Part shown: positions 52,609-63,292 of the stretch, in pieces
Numbering within the stretch: position 1 is the stretch's first letter
Layout: each line of letters starts with the position of its first letter
Source of the DNA: Methylococcales bacterium
GTDB taxonomy: Bacteria > Pseudomonadota > Gammaproteobacteria > Methylococcales > Methylomonadaceae
Assembly (NCBI GenBank): GCA_003584875.1
Contig: QVQD01000200.1
Coordinates: forward strand, 824 to 64,823
Direction: 5' to 3'
Length of the DNA stretch: 64,000 nt
Program-made: the position numbers and the translations under genes
Notes under the pieces: generated by a model
Databases searched by the model: none
Told to the model about the DNA's origin: nothing
Seen by the model: the letters and a program-made list of their open reading frames with translations, nothing else

Positions 52609-52713
52609 GTAGCACCCAAGCGCAACTTTTGGTGGCGATTTCGGCATAGGAACAGTGCCTATGCCGGAAACGCTTTACTCGCTTTCGCTCGAAAAGACTT
52701 ATTCCGGCCTACA
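52609..52713. repeat. Composite repeat (GTAGCACCCAAGCGCAAC ... GGCATAGG-N7-CCTATGCC ... GAAACGCTTTACT...CTTATTCCGGCCTAC)
   Basis: Aligns with the reverse complement of 8406-8490 and partly with 28815-28859. Confidence 0.6.
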
Positions 52714-52736
52714 AATGCCCATAAATAGATAAAAAT

Positions 52737-52815
52737 GTAGGTCGGGTTAGCGATAGCGTAACCCGACTTTTCGTTGGTGATTTTGTCGGGTTACCCTATC
52801 GCTAACCCAACCTAC
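52737..52815. repeat. REPIN (inverted REP pair)
   Basis: The sequence is gtaggtcgggttagcgatagcgtaacccgac ... gtcgggttaccctatcgctaacccaacctac. Confidence 0.8.
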
Positions 52816-52852
52816 AAGAACTATCCGAAAAATATCCATAATTTAATAACAC

Positions 52853-53599
52853 ATGAAATCAAGCAAACTATTTGGTCTACATTCAGTTCAGGCAGCTTTA
52901 GATTATTCACCTAAGAAAATACATCAAGCCTGGATTGATAGCGGTCGCCAAGATAAGCGTCTGTCTCAGGCGGTGGATGACTTATTAGACTTAGGAATAG
53001 TTCCTGAAAAAGTCGATAGAAAGAGGCTGGATAAATTAGCTGACAATAATAATCATCAAGGCATTGTCATTGAAGTTGAAATGCCTGGTGAATTAACGGA
53101 AAGCGATTTAAAAACAGCCGTTGAGAACCTAACAGACCCCGCTTTGTTTTTGGTTTTGGATAATGTTCAAGATCCTCATAATCTGGGTGCATGTCTTAGA
53201 ACCGCTGATGCAACAGGTGTTCATGGCGTCATTATTACCAAAGATAACGCTACCGGTATTACGCCAACGGTATGCAAAGTTGCCAGTGGTGCGGCAGAGA
53301 CGGTTCCTGTCTATCAAGTCACTAATTTAGCACGCACTTTGCGTTGGTTAAAAGGTGAGGGTTTATGGATCATTGGTGCTGCAGGCGATACAGCCCAAAC
53401 TTTGCATAAAACTGACTTTACAGTGCCAATGGCCTTGGTGGTTGGCACTGAAGGCAAAGGTTTAAGACGTCTAACCAAAGAACAATGCGACATCTTGGTA
53501 GCTATCCCAATGTTAGGTCAAGTAGAAAGCCTCAATTTATCTGTTGCCACAGGTGTATTGCTTTATGAAGCCGTACGCCAGCGATTCCCAGCTGCTTAA
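52853..53599 (+). CDS. rlmB: 23S rRNA (guanosine-2-prime-O)-methyltransferase RlmB (SpoU/TrmH)
   Basis: Contains VQDPHNLGACLRTADATG and the rnr-rlmB synteny. Confidence 0.9.
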   Translation: MKSSKLFGLHSVQAALDYSPKKIHQAWIDSGRQDKRLSQAVDDLLDLGIVPEKVDRKRLDKLADNNNHQGIVIEVEMPGELTESDLKTAVENLTDPALFLVLDNVQDPHNLGACLRTADATGVHGVIITKDNATGITPTVCKVASGAAETVPVYQVTNLARTLRWLKGEGLWIIGAAGDTAQTLHKTDFTVPMALVVGTEGKGLRRLTKEQCDILVAIPMLGQVESLNLSVATGVLLYEAVRQRFPAA

Positions 53600-54222
53600 T
53601 GAAAAATAACATAATTAGCCGACTGCAAGGCCAAGACTTAAGCTGCGTTCGTGATGATCGCATCTTGTTTGAAGCGCTTAATTTCGAGTTGAACGTGGGG
53701 CAAGTATTATTACTGGAAGGCGAGAATGGTAGCGGAAAGACTTCATTGTTGCGTATCTTATGTGGCTTTAGAGAACCTGATGCAGGTCAAGTATTGTGGT
53801 GTGACAATGCCATAAACGACAGTCAATATTACGATGACATGGCTTATGTCGGTCATTTAGATGGTGTGAAGAAAGAACTAACAGTACTGGAGAATTTAAA
53901 AGTATCCTTAGCGCTAGGTCAATCTGGACACTATTCTATTCCCCAAGCACTGGCTAAAGTACAGTTGACAAACTTTGATGATGCTTTGGTTCAGAGTTTA
54001 TCTGCTGGTCAAAAAAGACGCTTATCATTGGCTCGTTTATTAATTACCAAAAAAACCTTGTGGATACTTGATGAGCCTTTTACTTCACTTGATAAGCAAG
54101 GTATTTCATTGATAGAAAGCTTGATGACTGAACATTGCAAAGCTGGAGGAATGATTATATTAACATCACACCATGATATCGCTTTGCCGAATGTGGATGT
54201 CCAACGTATTTTGTTATCCTAA
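53599..54222 (+). CDS. ccmA: Heme exporter ATP-binding protein CcmA
   Basis: Walker A GENGSGKTS, signature LSAGQKRR. Confidence 0.9.
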   Translation: MKNNIISRLQGQDLSCVRDDRILFEALNFELNVGQVLLLEGENGSGKTSLLRILCGFREPDAGQVLWCDNAINDSQYYDDMAYVGHLDGVKKELTVLENLKVSLALGQSGHYSIPQALAKVQLTNFDDALVQSLSAGQKRRLSLARLLITKKTLWILDEPFTSLDKQGISLIESLMTEHCKAGGMIILTSHHDIALPNVDVQRILLS

Positions 54223-54896
54223 TGTCTTTGTTTTACGCATTTCTAGCTATTATTAAGCGTGATTTGTTGTTGGCTGTGCGCCGTCGTACAGAAATTGCAA
54301 ATCCCTTATTATTTTTTATTCTAGTCATCACGCTTTTCCCTTTAGGCATCGGCGCTCAACCTCATTTATTGCAAGCAATTGCACCGGGTATTATTTGGGT
54401 ATCAGCTTTGTTGGCCGCTATGTTGTCTTTAGATAGTTTATTTCGTTCAGATTTTGATGACGGCTCATTAGAACAGATTTTATTAAGCCCTTATCCAACT
54501 TCAATATTAGTGCTGGCTAAAATTATTGCCCACTGGTTGGTTACTGGATTACCGTTATTGATCGTTGCACCTTTACTGGCTGTTTTCTTAGGAATGCCTA
54601 CGCAATCCTTAGGCGTTTTATTATTAACGCTATTATTAGGTACGCCGGTATTGAGTTTAATCGGTGCGATTGGAGTCGCTTTAACGGTAGGCTTGCGACG
54701 AGGCGGAATGATCTTATCATTATTAGTTTTACCCTTATATGTGCCTGTACTTATTTTTGCAGGGAATGCTGTTGAAATGGCGGGCAGCGGTTTACCTGTG
54801 GATGCACAAATTAATATTTTGATATCGATGTTATGCTTGTCTTTAGTTTTGGCGCCTTGGCCAACAGCGGCGGCATTAAAAATGAGTGTTAATTAA
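54222..54896 (+). CDS. ccmB: Heme exporter permease CcmB
   Basis: Polytopic 224-aa protein in the ccm operon position. Confidence 0.9.
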   Translation: MSLFYAFLAIIKRDLLLAVRRRTEIANPLLFFILVITLFPLGIGAQPHLLQAIAPGIIWVSALLAAMLSLDSLFRSDFDDGSLEQILLSPYPTSILVLAKIIAHWLVTGLPLLIVAPLLAVFLGMPTQSLGVLLLTLLLGTPVLSLIGAIGVALTVGLRRGGMILSLLVLPLYVPVLIFAGNAVEMAGSGLPVDAQINILISMLCLSLVLAPWPTAAALKMSVN

Positions 54897-55008
54897 CAAT
54901 ATTTTGTAAAATAACTATTGATTGTGTATAGCCATTCTTGGTCTTTTACTCCGCTCTCTCTTTGTGACACTGCTCTGTGCAGGACTTAAACTTAACTAAA
55001 ATATACCT

Positions 55009-55770
55009 ATGTTTTTAATTCCTAATGCCGTTGTAAGATTTTTTCATCGTATGGCTTCGCCACCTCATTTCTATGCGTTTACTGATAAGGTCATGCCATG
55101 GCTGATAATTATCTTCGTATTGTTAACGGGATTCGGCTTATATGGAGGCTTATATTTAGCGCCGGCTGATTATCAACAAGGTGATAGTTATCGTATTATT
55201 TATATCCATGTCCCTAGTGCTTGGATGTCCTTATTTATTTATATGGTGATGGCTATTTCTGGTGCTATCGGCTTAGTTTGGCGTATTAAATTAGCCGAAA
55301 TAGTTGCGATTAGTAGTGCTCCAATCGGTGCCAGTTTTACTTTTATCGCTTTATTTACCGGGTCATTATGGGGAAAACCCATGTGGGGAACGTGGTGGGT
55401 TTGGGATGCTCGCTTAACCTCTGAATTGATTTTATTATTTTTATATCTGGGTGTTATTGGCCTTTATGGTGCCATAGATGATAAGCGCGTCGCTTCTAAA
55501 GCCGTCGCAATATTAGCTTTAGTTGGTGTGGTTAATATTCCAATCATTCATTATTCCGTAGAATGGTGGAATACCTTGCATCAAGGCCCTACCGTGACCA
55601 AAATGGACAAACCTTCCATACATATCAGCATGTTAATCCCTTTATTATTAATGGCTTTATCCTTCAAGTTTTATTATTTGATCGCCTTAATACAAAGAAT
55701 TCGTATCGAATTATTACAACGTGAGCGTAACGCTCAATGGGTTAAAACTAAAGTTTTGGAGCAAAATTGA
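55009..55770 (+). CDS. ccmC: Heme exporter protein CcmC
   Basis: WWD motif WGKPMWGTWWVWDARL. Confidence 0.95.
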   Translation: MFLIPNAVVRFFHRMASPPHFYAFTDKVMPWLIIIFVLLTGFGLYGGLYLAPADYQQGDSYRIIYIHVPSAWMSLFIYMVMAISGAIGLVWRIKLAEIVAISSAPIGASFTFIALFTGSLWGKPMWGTWWVWDARLTSELILLFLYLGVIGLYGAIDDKRVASKAVAILALVGVVNIPIIHYSVEWWNTLHQGPTVTKMDKPSIHISMLIPLLLMALSFKFYYLIALIQRIRIELLQRERNAQWVKTKVLEQN

Positions 55771-55931
55771 TGAGTTTAGAGCAATTTCTATCTATGGGTG
55801 GCTATGGTTTCTATGTCTGGACCTCTTATGGTGTTACTTTTCTCGTATTGCTGGCTAACATTATTATTCCCATCATGCAGCGCAAACAATTTTTTGTTAA
55901 AGCCTCAAAGAAACAAAGACAATCTCTATGA
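55770..55931 (+). CDS. ccmD: Heme exporter protein CcmD (53 aa; below the ORF-track cutoff)
   Basis: Translation is MSLEQFLSMGGYGFYVWTSYGVTFLVLLANIIIPIMQRKQFF.. There are ATGA overlaps with both ccmC and ccmE. Confidence 0.85.
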   Translation: MSLEQFLSMGGYGFYVWTSYGVTFLVLLANIIIPIMQRKQFFVKASKKQRQSL

Positions 55932-56371
55932 AACCAGCCAGAAAACAGCGCTTAATTTTAATAGCTTTAATGGTGATCGGTGCGAGTATAGCGACCGCTT
56001 TCGCTTTAAAATCATTTAATGACAATTTAATGTACTTCTTTTCTACCACTGATGTAGTCGCAGGCAAGGCTCCAAAGACTGCTTTATTTAGATTAGGCGG
56101 CATGGTGATTAAAGGCAGCGTTGAAAGGCCTGGTGATGGAATGATGGTGCGTTTTAAGCTCACTGATTTTAGTAAAGAAGTGACCGTTGAATATACCGGA
56201 ATATTGCCTGATTTATTTAGAGAAGGGCAGGGCATCGTTGCTCATGGCAAGCTCAATGAACAGGGAGTATTCATTGCCGAGGAAGTGCTAGCAAAACATG
56301 ATGAAAACTATATGCCGCCAGAAGTTAAGGCTAGCTTAAAAAATCAGACTACCTCAGGAACAAACAAATAA
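55928..56371 (+). CDS. ccmE: Cytochrome c maturation heme chaperone CcmE
   Basis: Contains VLAKHDENYMPPE, which holds the heme-binding His context. Confidence 0.95.
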   Translation: MKPARKQRLILIALMVIGASIATAFALKSFNDNLMYFFSTTDVVAGKAPKTALFRLGGMVIKGSVERPGDGMMVRFKLTDFSKEVTVEYTGILPDLFREGQGIVAHGKLNEQGVFIAEEVLAKHDENYMPPEVKASLKNQTTSGTNK

Positions 56372-56373
56372 TC

Positions 56374-58311
56374 ATGATCCCAGAACTCGGACATTTTTCA
56401 CTAATACTCGCTTTGTGCATGGCACTAGTCTTGGGTACCTTGCCCATCATCGGTGCTTTTCGTAATCAGCTAGGTTGGATTGCCGTAGCTAGACCTGCAG
56501 CATTTGCACAATTGCTGTTCATGGCTTTGGCTTACGGATGTTTAACTTATAGCTGCTTAACGCATGATTTTACAGTTAAATATATTGCGACTAACTCTAA
56601 TACTTCTTTGCCTACCCTGTATTTAATATCAGGGGTATGGGGAGCGCATGAAGGCTCGTTATTATTATGGGGTTTAGTGTTAACGATATGGACGGCGTTG
56701 GTCGCTCAGTTTAGTAAAAGCATACCCGCAGCGACTTTAGCACGCGTATTAGGCGTCATGGGGCTGGTTTCTATTGGTTTTATCTTATTTTTATTAGTAA
56801 CCTCTAATCCCTTTGAGCGTTTATTTCCTGCGCCCTTAGAAGGCCGTGATTTAAATCCTTTATTGCAAGATCCAGGGCTAGCCATCCATCCCCCCATGCT
56901 TTATATGGGTTATGTAGGATTTTCTGTAGCTTTTGCTTTTGCGATTGCAGCTTTACTCGAAGGCCGCTTGGATGCCGCTTGGGCTCGATGGTCTAGGCCT
57001 TGGACTAGTATGGCGTGGATGTTTTTAACGCTAGGTATTGCTTTGGGAAGTTGGTGGGCTTATTACGAATTAGGTTGGGGCGGTTGGTGGTTTTGGGATC
57101 CTGTAGAAAATGCTTCCTTCATGCCTTGGTTAGTAGGTACTGCGCTTATACATTCTCTAGCAGCGACTGAAAAGCGCGGCGTCTTTAAAACATGGACGGT
57201 TTTATTAGCTATCTTTGCCTTTTCCTTAAGTTTGTTAGGTACTTTTTTAGTGCGTTCTGGGGTATTAACATCGGTTCATGCTTTTGCTAGTGATCCCGCT
57301 AGAGGCCTGTTCATCTTGATATTTTTGGCAGTGGTGGTTGGTGGTTCTTTGTTACTCTATGCTTTTAGGGCGCCTACCGTCAAAAGTAGCGCTACTTTTG
57401 AGTTAGCCTCCAGAGAATCAGCCATATTACTGAACAATGTGTTGTTAGTAGTGACTGCGGCCAGTATTTTACTAGGCACTTTATATCCTTTAGTGATTGA
57501 TGCGCTAGGCTTAGGCAAAATTTCAGTAGGACCTCCGTATTTTAATGCCGTGTTTATACCCTTAATGGCACCGCTGGCCATTGCAGTGGGTTTAGGTATG
57601 TTATTGCGTTGGAAAAAAGATTCTATAGCCGAATTAGCACAACGAGTACGTTGGATTATCGCCGCTTGTATCGCCGGTGGTTTATTGTTGCCTTTACTTA
57701 TGCCTTTTTATTCATGGGGAGCAGCCTTAGGTTTGACCTTGGCTTTGTGGACGACTGCCATTACAGGACTTTCGTTTATTGATCGTTTAGGTACACAAGG
57801 CTTTACTTGGCAACGCTTGCAAACTATACCAACTGGGTTTTATGGTATGACTATTGCTCATTTAGGCATTGCGGTATTTGTCATCGGTATTACTTTAACC
57901 AGTGTATATAGTGTGGAAAAAGATGTGCGTATGGCACCGAATGACACGATAGATATGTCAGGCTATATTTTTGAATTTCATGGTGTTAAACAAACTCAAG
58001 GCCCCAATTATATTGCTGAACAAGCTTTTGTAACCGTCAGTCATAATGGTGAACAGGTAGCCAAGCTGGAGCCACAAAAACGTGTTTATCAAGTGCAAAA
58101 AATGCCCATGACCGAAGCGGCTATTGATGCGGGTTTATTTAGAGATTTATTTGTCGCTATTGGCGAACCTTTAGGTAATCAAGGCGCATGGAGTTTACGG
58201 ATTTATTATAAATCCTTCATTCGATGGATATGGATGGGCGCGGTATTCATGGCAGTGGGTGGTTTGTGCGCAGCGTGTGATCGCCGCTATCGTGTTACAA
58301 AGCCGGTTTAA
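56374..58311 (+). CDS. ccmF: Cytochrome c heme lyase subunit CcmF
   Basis: Contains WGGWWFWDPVEN. Confidence 0.95.
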   Translation: MIPELGHFSLILALCMALVLGTLPIIGAFRNQLGWIAVARPAAFAQLLFMALAYGCLTYSCLTHDFTVKYIATNSNTSLPTLYLISGVWGAHEGSLLLWGLVLTIWTALVAQFSKSIPAATLARVLGVMGLVSIGFILFLLVTSNPFERLFPAPLEGRDLNPLLQDPGLAIHPPMLYMGYVGFSVAFAFAIAALLEGRLDAAWARWSRPWTSMAWMFLTLGIALGSWWAYYELGWGGWWFWDPVENASFMPWLVGTALIHSLAATEKRGVFKTWTVLLAIFAFSLSLLGTFLVRSGVLTSVHAFASDPARGLFILIFLAVVVGGSLLLYAFRAPTVKSSATFELASRESAILLNNVLLVVTAASILLGTLYPLVIDALGLGKISVGPPYFNAVFIPLMAPLAIAVGLGMLLRWKKDSIAELAQRVRWIIAACIAGGLLLPLLMPFYSWGAALGLTLALWTTAITGLSFIDRLGTQGFTWQRLQTIPTGFYGMTIAHLGIAVFVIGITLTSVYSVEKDVRMAPNDTIDMSGYIFEFHGVKQTQGPNYIAEQAFVTVSHNGEQVAKLEPQKRVYQVQKMPMTEAAIDAGLFRDLFVAIGEPLGNQGAWSLRIYYKSFIRWIWMGAVFMAVGGLCAACDRRYRVTKPV

Positions 58312-58344
58312 TTAAATATCTATTGTCCATAAGACCTCAGCATC

Positions 58345-58875
58345 ATGCTTAAATACATTATTCCATTATTATTATTCATCGTCTTGGCTGTGTTTCTAGG
58401 CTTAGGATTAAACCTTAATCCCAAAGATATTCCCTCACCCTTCATCAATAAGCCCGCTCCAGAATTTTCTGCGCCCAAGCTTAATGCGCCGGAGCAGTCA
58501 TTATCGCCTGCTGATTTAAAAGGTCAGGTTTGGTTGTTTAATGTTTGGGCATCGTGGTGTGTATCTTGTCGTGCAGAGCATCCGGTACTCAATCAGTTTG
58601 CCAAACAATATGCTGTGGTGATTGTTGGTTTAAATTATAAGGATGAACCAGATGATGCCAAAAATTGGCTGAAAACCTTAGGTAATCCTTATACCGATAG
58701 TGTTATGGATCAAGATGGTCGTATCGGTATCGATTATGGCGTTTACGGTGTACCAGAAACTTTTGTCATCGATAAAAAAGGTCTGATACGTTACAAACAT
58801 ACGGGACCTGTTTCCGCTGATGATGTACAAAAAACCTTTCTTCCTTTGATTACCAAGCTAGAAGCCGAGTCTTAA
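58345..58875 (+). CDS. ccmG: Thiol:disulfide interchange protein CcmG/DsbE
   Basis: Contains WASWCVSC (CxxC) and GVYGVPETF. Confidence 0.95.
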   Translation: MLKYIIPLLLFIVLAVFLGLGLNLNPKDIPSPFINKPAPEFSAPKLNAPEQSLSPADLKGQVWLFNVWASWCVSCRAEHPVLNQFAKQYAVVIVGLNYKDEPDDAKNWLKTLGNPYTDSVMDQDGRIGIDYGVYGVPETFVIDKKGLIRYKHTGPVSADDVQKTFLPLITKLEAES

Positions 58876-59345
58876 TGAAGCCTTTAATATTACTATTTTT
58901 ATTGACGTTTACTATTAGCAGTCATGCAGTTGATTCACGTCAATTGTCTGATCCCAAGCAGCAAGAAAGCTATGAAACTTTAACCAAGGAATTACGCTGT
59001 TTAGTTTGTCAAAATCAAACCATTGCTGATTCTAATGCCGAGCTGGCTAGCGACTTACGACGACAAGTCTATGAAATGTTGCAACAAGGTAAATCCGAGC
59101 AAGAAATTATTCGTTTCATGACGGATCGCTATGGTGATTTTGTTTTATATAAGCCGCCATTTGCAGGTAAAACAAGTCTTTTGTGGATTGCGCCGGGGCT
59201 GTTTCTGTTCATGGGCTTGACGACAGTGTTTTTTGTTATTCGACGTAAAAAGGCATCGGCTCAAGCGCAAGTAGATAACTTAGACATAAGTTCTGAAAAG
59301 CAAAAGAAAATTCGCAGTTTATTAGAAAAAGGTGAGCTCTCTTGA
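58875..59345 (+). CDS. ccmH: Cytochrome c maturation protein CcmH
   Basis: Contains LRCLVCQNQTIADSNA. Confidence 0.9.
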   Translation: MKPLILLFLLTFTISSHAVDSRQLSDPKQQESYETLTKELRCLVCQNQTIADSNAELASDLRRQVYEMLQQGKSEQEIIRFMTDRYGDFVLYKPPFAGKTSLLWIAPGLFLFMGLTTVFFVIRRKKASAQAQVDNLDISSEKQKKIRSLLEKGELS

Positions 59346-60565
59346 ATAGTGTATTTTTGCTGTTAGTTGGTGTACTGATAGTCATCGCTTTTTTGTTTAT
59401 TCTGCCACCGTTATGGCGTAAACAGTCTGATTTGAACGTCGATCTTGATCAGCGTAATGTACAAATTGCTCAACATCGTTTGGCCGAACTTAAAGAAAAC
59501 TTACGCTCAGGCGGTCTCAGTCAAACTCAATATGATGAACAGTTAGCTGATCTTGAGCAGGCTTTAAGTGACGATTTAGATATTCAATCTAAAGTAAACT
59601 CAGTCTCTAAGCAAAGCCGTTGGATAATCTATGTGCTTGTTATAGTCATGCCTTTATTAGCCGGAACATTGTATTGGTCGTTGGGTAATTTCCAAGCCGT
59701 TAGTCATAGTGCAGAAATGGCGATCGATCCTGATGTCATTAAAGTGGCTCAAATTAATAAAATGGTGAATGGTTTAGCTGAAAAGCTAAAAAATAATCCA
59801 GATGATGCTCAAGGTTGGTTAATGTTAGGGCGTTCTTATAATGTCTTGGAACAACATGCGTTAGCATTAGACGCATTTGCCAATGCTTATCGGCTACTGG
59901 GTGATCAAACTGAAATACTGCTGCTTTATGCGGATGCATTAGGTTATGTAAATGATCGGAATTTAACAGGTAAGCCTTCTGAGCTTATTTTTAAAGCATT
60001 GGCTTTAGAGCCTGAGAATATGAAAGCCTTATGGTTAGCGGGGATGGCTAAAGCCCAGCAAGGCGATGCAGATGCAGCCATGAAATTATGGAAGAAACTT
60101 GAAGCTTTATTACCACCCGGCTCTGAATATCAGCAAGAAATACAAAGCTTATTGGCTCAATTAAAAAGTGAAACAGCCACTGTTGAAGCTCAACCCGAAG
60201 CTGCCGCGACTACTTCTAGTGTTGCAATCACTGTACAAGTGAGTTTAGCACCAGAACTGATCGAATCAGCCGCTGCAACGGATACTGTATTTGTGTATGC
60301 TCAAGCTTTATCGGGCCCTAAAATGCCTTTAGCTATCGCTCGTAAACAAGTGTCTGATTTGCCGATAACCGTCAGCTTGAATGATACGATGGCGATGATG
60401 CCGACTATGAAATTATCAAACTTTAGTGAAGTTAAATTGTTGGCGCGCGTTTCTAAGTCTGGCAATGCTATGGCGCAAGCGGGTGATCTAATAGGCAGTA
60501 TTAATCAAGTTGTGGTTAGCGATAAAAACACTCAGCATATTATTATTAACGACTTAGTTAAATGA
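59342..60565 (+). CDS. ccmI: c-type cytochrome biogenesis protein CcmI (TPR); TTG start overlapping the ccmH stop
   Basis: N-terminal TM helices plus a TPR-like region. It occupies the expected operon position. Confidence 0.85.
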   Translation: MNSVFLLLVGVLIVIAFLFILPPLWRKQSDLNVDLDQRNVQIAQHRLAELKENLRSGGLSQTQYDEQLADLEQALSDDLDIQSKVNSVSKQSRWIIYVLVIVMPLLAGTLYWSLGNFQAVSHSAEMAIDPDVIKVAQINKMVNGLAEKLKNNPDDAQGWLMLGRSYNVLEQHALALDAFANAYRLLGDQTEILLLYADALGYVNDRNLTGKPSELIFKALALEPENMKALWLAGMAKAQQGDADAAMKLWKKLEALLPPGSEYQQEIQSLLAQLKSETATVEAQPEAAATTSSVAITVQVSLAPELIESAAATDTVFVYAQALSGPKMPLAIARKQVSDLPITVSLNDTMAMMPTMKLSNFSEVKLLARVSKSGNAMAQAGDLIGSINQVVVSDKNTQHIIINDLVK

Positions 60566-61947
60566 ACGATCAGTCCATAAAATTTGATCTCGCTTTAATC
60601 AATCGCTACGATAAAGCAGGGCCTCGTTATACTTCTTATCCAACAGCTTTAGAACTGCATGAAGGTTTTGGTGATGAAGATTATCGCAGGCATATTGCGA
60701 AGTCGAATGCGGCTGGCGGCCCCTTATCGTTGTATTTTCATATACCCTTTTGCGACACGGTTTGTTTTTATTGCGCATGCAATAAAATCGTAACCAAAAA
60801 CAGAGCGCATGTAGAACCTTATTTAGAAAATCTGTGCAAAGAAATTGCTATGTTGGGTGAATTGTTCGATGCCAATCGGGTCGTCAATCAATTGCACTGG
60901 GGCGGGGGTACGCCAACCTTTTTAAATTATCAGCAAATGAAACAATTGATGGCGACAACTCGTCAACATTTCTTGCTTAAAGATGATGATAGCGGCGAAT
61001 ATTCGATAGAAGTTGATCCTAGAGAAACCAATGCCGATACTATTAAACAATTGCGTGAATTAGGTTTTAATCGTATCAGCATAGGGTTACAGGATTTTGA
61101 TCCTGCTGTGCAAAAAGCCGTTAATCGCCTGCAAAGCGAAGAGCAGACTTTTAGCGTGTTAGAGTCTGCGCGTAACGAAGGTTTTCGCTCTACTAATATT
61201 GATTTGATCTACGGTTTGCCACTGCAAACAGTGGAAAGTTTTGCTATCACCTTGGATAAGATCTTAGCGGTAAGACCTGATCGTTTCTCGATATTTAATT
61301 ATGCGCACATGCCAGCTCGCTTTAAAACTCAGCGCCAGATTAATGATAGCGATATGCCCAGTGCCGATGTTAAGTTAGCTATTTTGCAGATGATAGGTCA
61401 AAAGCTTATTGCAGCAGGTTATGTTTATATAGGTATGGATCACTTTGCTAAGCCCGATGATGAATTAGCTATTGCCCAACGAGAAGGCAAACTGCATCGA
61501 AATTTTCAAGGCTATTCTACGCATTCGGACTGTGATCTCATTGGTTTTGGGGTAACTTCAATCGGAAGAGTAGGGGATGCGTATATCCAGAATGTAAAAG
61601 ATTTAGAAAGCTACGATCAATTGATCAAGCAGCATAAGCTACCGGTATTTAAAGGCGTCGATTTAAACGATGATGATAAATTACGCCGCGAAGTCATTAG
61701 CCAGTTAATTTGTCATTTCGATTTAAATTTTGCAAACATCGAACTTGCGTTTAAGATTAAATTTAGTGAATACTTTGCAACAGAATTAACGTCATTACTA
61801 GTTATGCAAGCTGATGGCTTACTAACCCTATCTAGCAATGGTATAAAAGTATTACCCGCAGGACGCTTATTGATACGTAATATCTGTATGATCTTCGATA
61901 GCTATTTAGCACAAAAACAACAGCAACAATTCTCAAAGGTTATTTAA
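60562..61947 (+). CDS. hemN: Oxygen-independent coproporphyrinogen III oxidase
   Basis: Radical-SAM motif CDTVCFYC and HWGGGTPTFL. Confidence 0.95.
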   Translation: MNDQSIKFDLALINRYDKAGPRYTSYPTALELHEGFGDEDYRRHIAKSNAAGGPLSLYFHIPFCDTVCFYCACNKIVTKNRAHVEPYLENLCKEIAMLGELFDANRVVNQLHWGGGTPTFLNYQQMKQLMATTRQHFLLKDDDSGEYSIEVDPRETNADTIKQLRELGFNRISIGLQDFDPAVQKAVNRLQSEEQTFSVLESARNEGFRSTNIDLIYGLPLQTVESFAITLDKILAVRPDRFSIFNYAHMPARFKTQRQINDSDMPSADVKLAILQMIGQKLIAAGYVYIGMDHFAKPDDELAIAQREGKLHRNFQGYSTHSDCDLIGFGVTSIGRVGDAYIQNVKDLESYDQLIKQHKLPVFKGVDLNDDDKLRREVISQLICHFDLNFANIELAFKIKFSEYFATELTSLLVMQADGLLTLSSNGIKVLPAGRLLIRNICMIFDSYLAQKQQQQFSKVI

Positions 61948-62154
61948 ATGAATGATGACAGAATAATTGAGCTGGAAATAAAAGTGGCTTATCAAGAAGA
62001 CTTACTGCAGTCACTGAATAATATCGTCAGTCAGCAACAGCAACAAATTGATCGTATAACAGCAACTTGCAGCCTACTTAATGACCGTATTAAAAGTTTA
62101 TCGACGGAAGGCAATGCTGGCGAAAACGTCGATGAAACACCACCGCATTATTAA
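61948..62154 (+). CDS. slyX: SlyX family protein
   Basis: A 68-aa coiled-coil protein with IELEIKVAYQEDLLQSLN. Confidence 0.8.
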   Translation: MNDDRIIELEIKVAYQEDLLQSLNNIVSQQQQQIDRITATCSLLNDRIKSLSTEGNAGENVDETPPHY

Positions 62155-62182
62155 TTAACACCCCCTACCAAGAGCTTTAAAG

Positions 62183-63271
62183 ATGACATTCCCTATTCAA
62201 GATTATGCCTTACTCGATGACGAAGAATGCGATGCCCGCATTATAGCCGCCAAAGCCCAATTAGGTAGTCGTTGTGTGGTTTTAGGCCACCATTATCAAC
62301 GAGACGAAGTGTTTAAACATGCTGATTTTTCTGGTGACTCATTAAAGTTATCTAGAGATGCGGCACAATCTGATGCTGAATATATTGTCTTTTGTGGCGT
62401 GCATTTTATGGCCGAAGTCGCTGATATCTTATCTCGTCCAGAACAAATTGCTATCTTGCCAGATTTGGCTGCCGGTTGTTCGATGGCAGACATGGCTAAT
62501 TTACTTAAAGTAAAAAAATGTTGGCAAGAGTTGGCGCAAGTGATTGATGTAGATAACGAGGTCACCCCCGTGACCTACATTAACTCAGCCGCTGATTTAA
62601 AAGCTTTTTGTGGTGAACATGAAGGTATCGTCTGCACCTCTTCAAATGCTCAGAAAATATTGGAGTGGAGTTTTGCAAAACGTGAAAAAGTGCTGTTTTT
62701 CCCCGATCAGCATTTAGGTCGTAATACCGGTTACCGTATGGGTATCCCCCTAGAAGATATGGTGACCTGGGACTTTAATAAACCCATGGGCGGTTTAACA
62801 GAACAGCAAATACGCAAAGCTAAAATCATCTTATGGAACGGTTATTGTTCAGTGCATCAAGTCTTTAAGCCTGAACAAATCGATAACTTTTTAGAGCGCT
62901 TTCCAGAAACGAAAGTCATTTCTCATCCAGAAGCCTGTTTTGAAGTTTGCGAAAAAGCAGATTATGTAGGCTCTACCGAATACATATTAACAACGGTGCG
63001 GGCAGCAGCAGCGAACACCCGTTGGTTGGTTGCGACTGAATTGAATTTAGTTAATCGCCTACATGACGAATGTAAAGCTGATGGCAAGAATGTACATTTT
63101 ATGTCACCAACATTATGCATGTGCTCAACCATGTTTAGAACCGATCCACAACATTTAGCCTGGGTACTAGAAAATCTTGCCGCAGGCCATGTGATTAACC
63201 AGATTTCTGTACCTAAAGCTGAGGCTATCTTGGCTAAAAAGGCGTTAGATAATATGTTGTCTATTAACTAA
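62183..63271 (+). CDS. nadA: Quinolinate synthase
   Basis: Contains GVHFMAE, TYINS and CSVHQ. Confidence 0.9.
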   Translation: MTFPIQDYALLDDEECDARIIAAKAQLGSRCVVLGHHYQRDEVFKHADFSGDSLKLSRDAAQSDAEYIVFCGVHFMAEVADILSRPEQIAILPDLAAGCSMADMANLLKVKKCWQELAQVIDVDNEVTPVTYINSAADLKAFCGEHEGIVCTSSNAQKILEWSFAKREKVLFFPDQHLGRNTGYRMGIPLEDMVTWDFNKPMGGLTEQQIRKAKIILWNGYCSVHQVFKPEQIDNFLERFPETKVISHPEACFEVCEKADYVGSTEYILTTVRAAAANTRWLVATELNLVNRLHDECKADGKNVHFMSPTLCMCSTMFRTDPQHLAWVLENLAAGHVINQISVPKAEAILAKKALDNMLSIN

Positions 63272-63292
63272 ATCAGATAGGATACACTCAAC

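Noticed and set aside
55798-56235. ORFs 55798-56019(+) and 55897-56235(-)
   Set aside because: They overlap ccmD (55770-55931, recognised by sequence and ATGA coupling) and ccmE in other frames.
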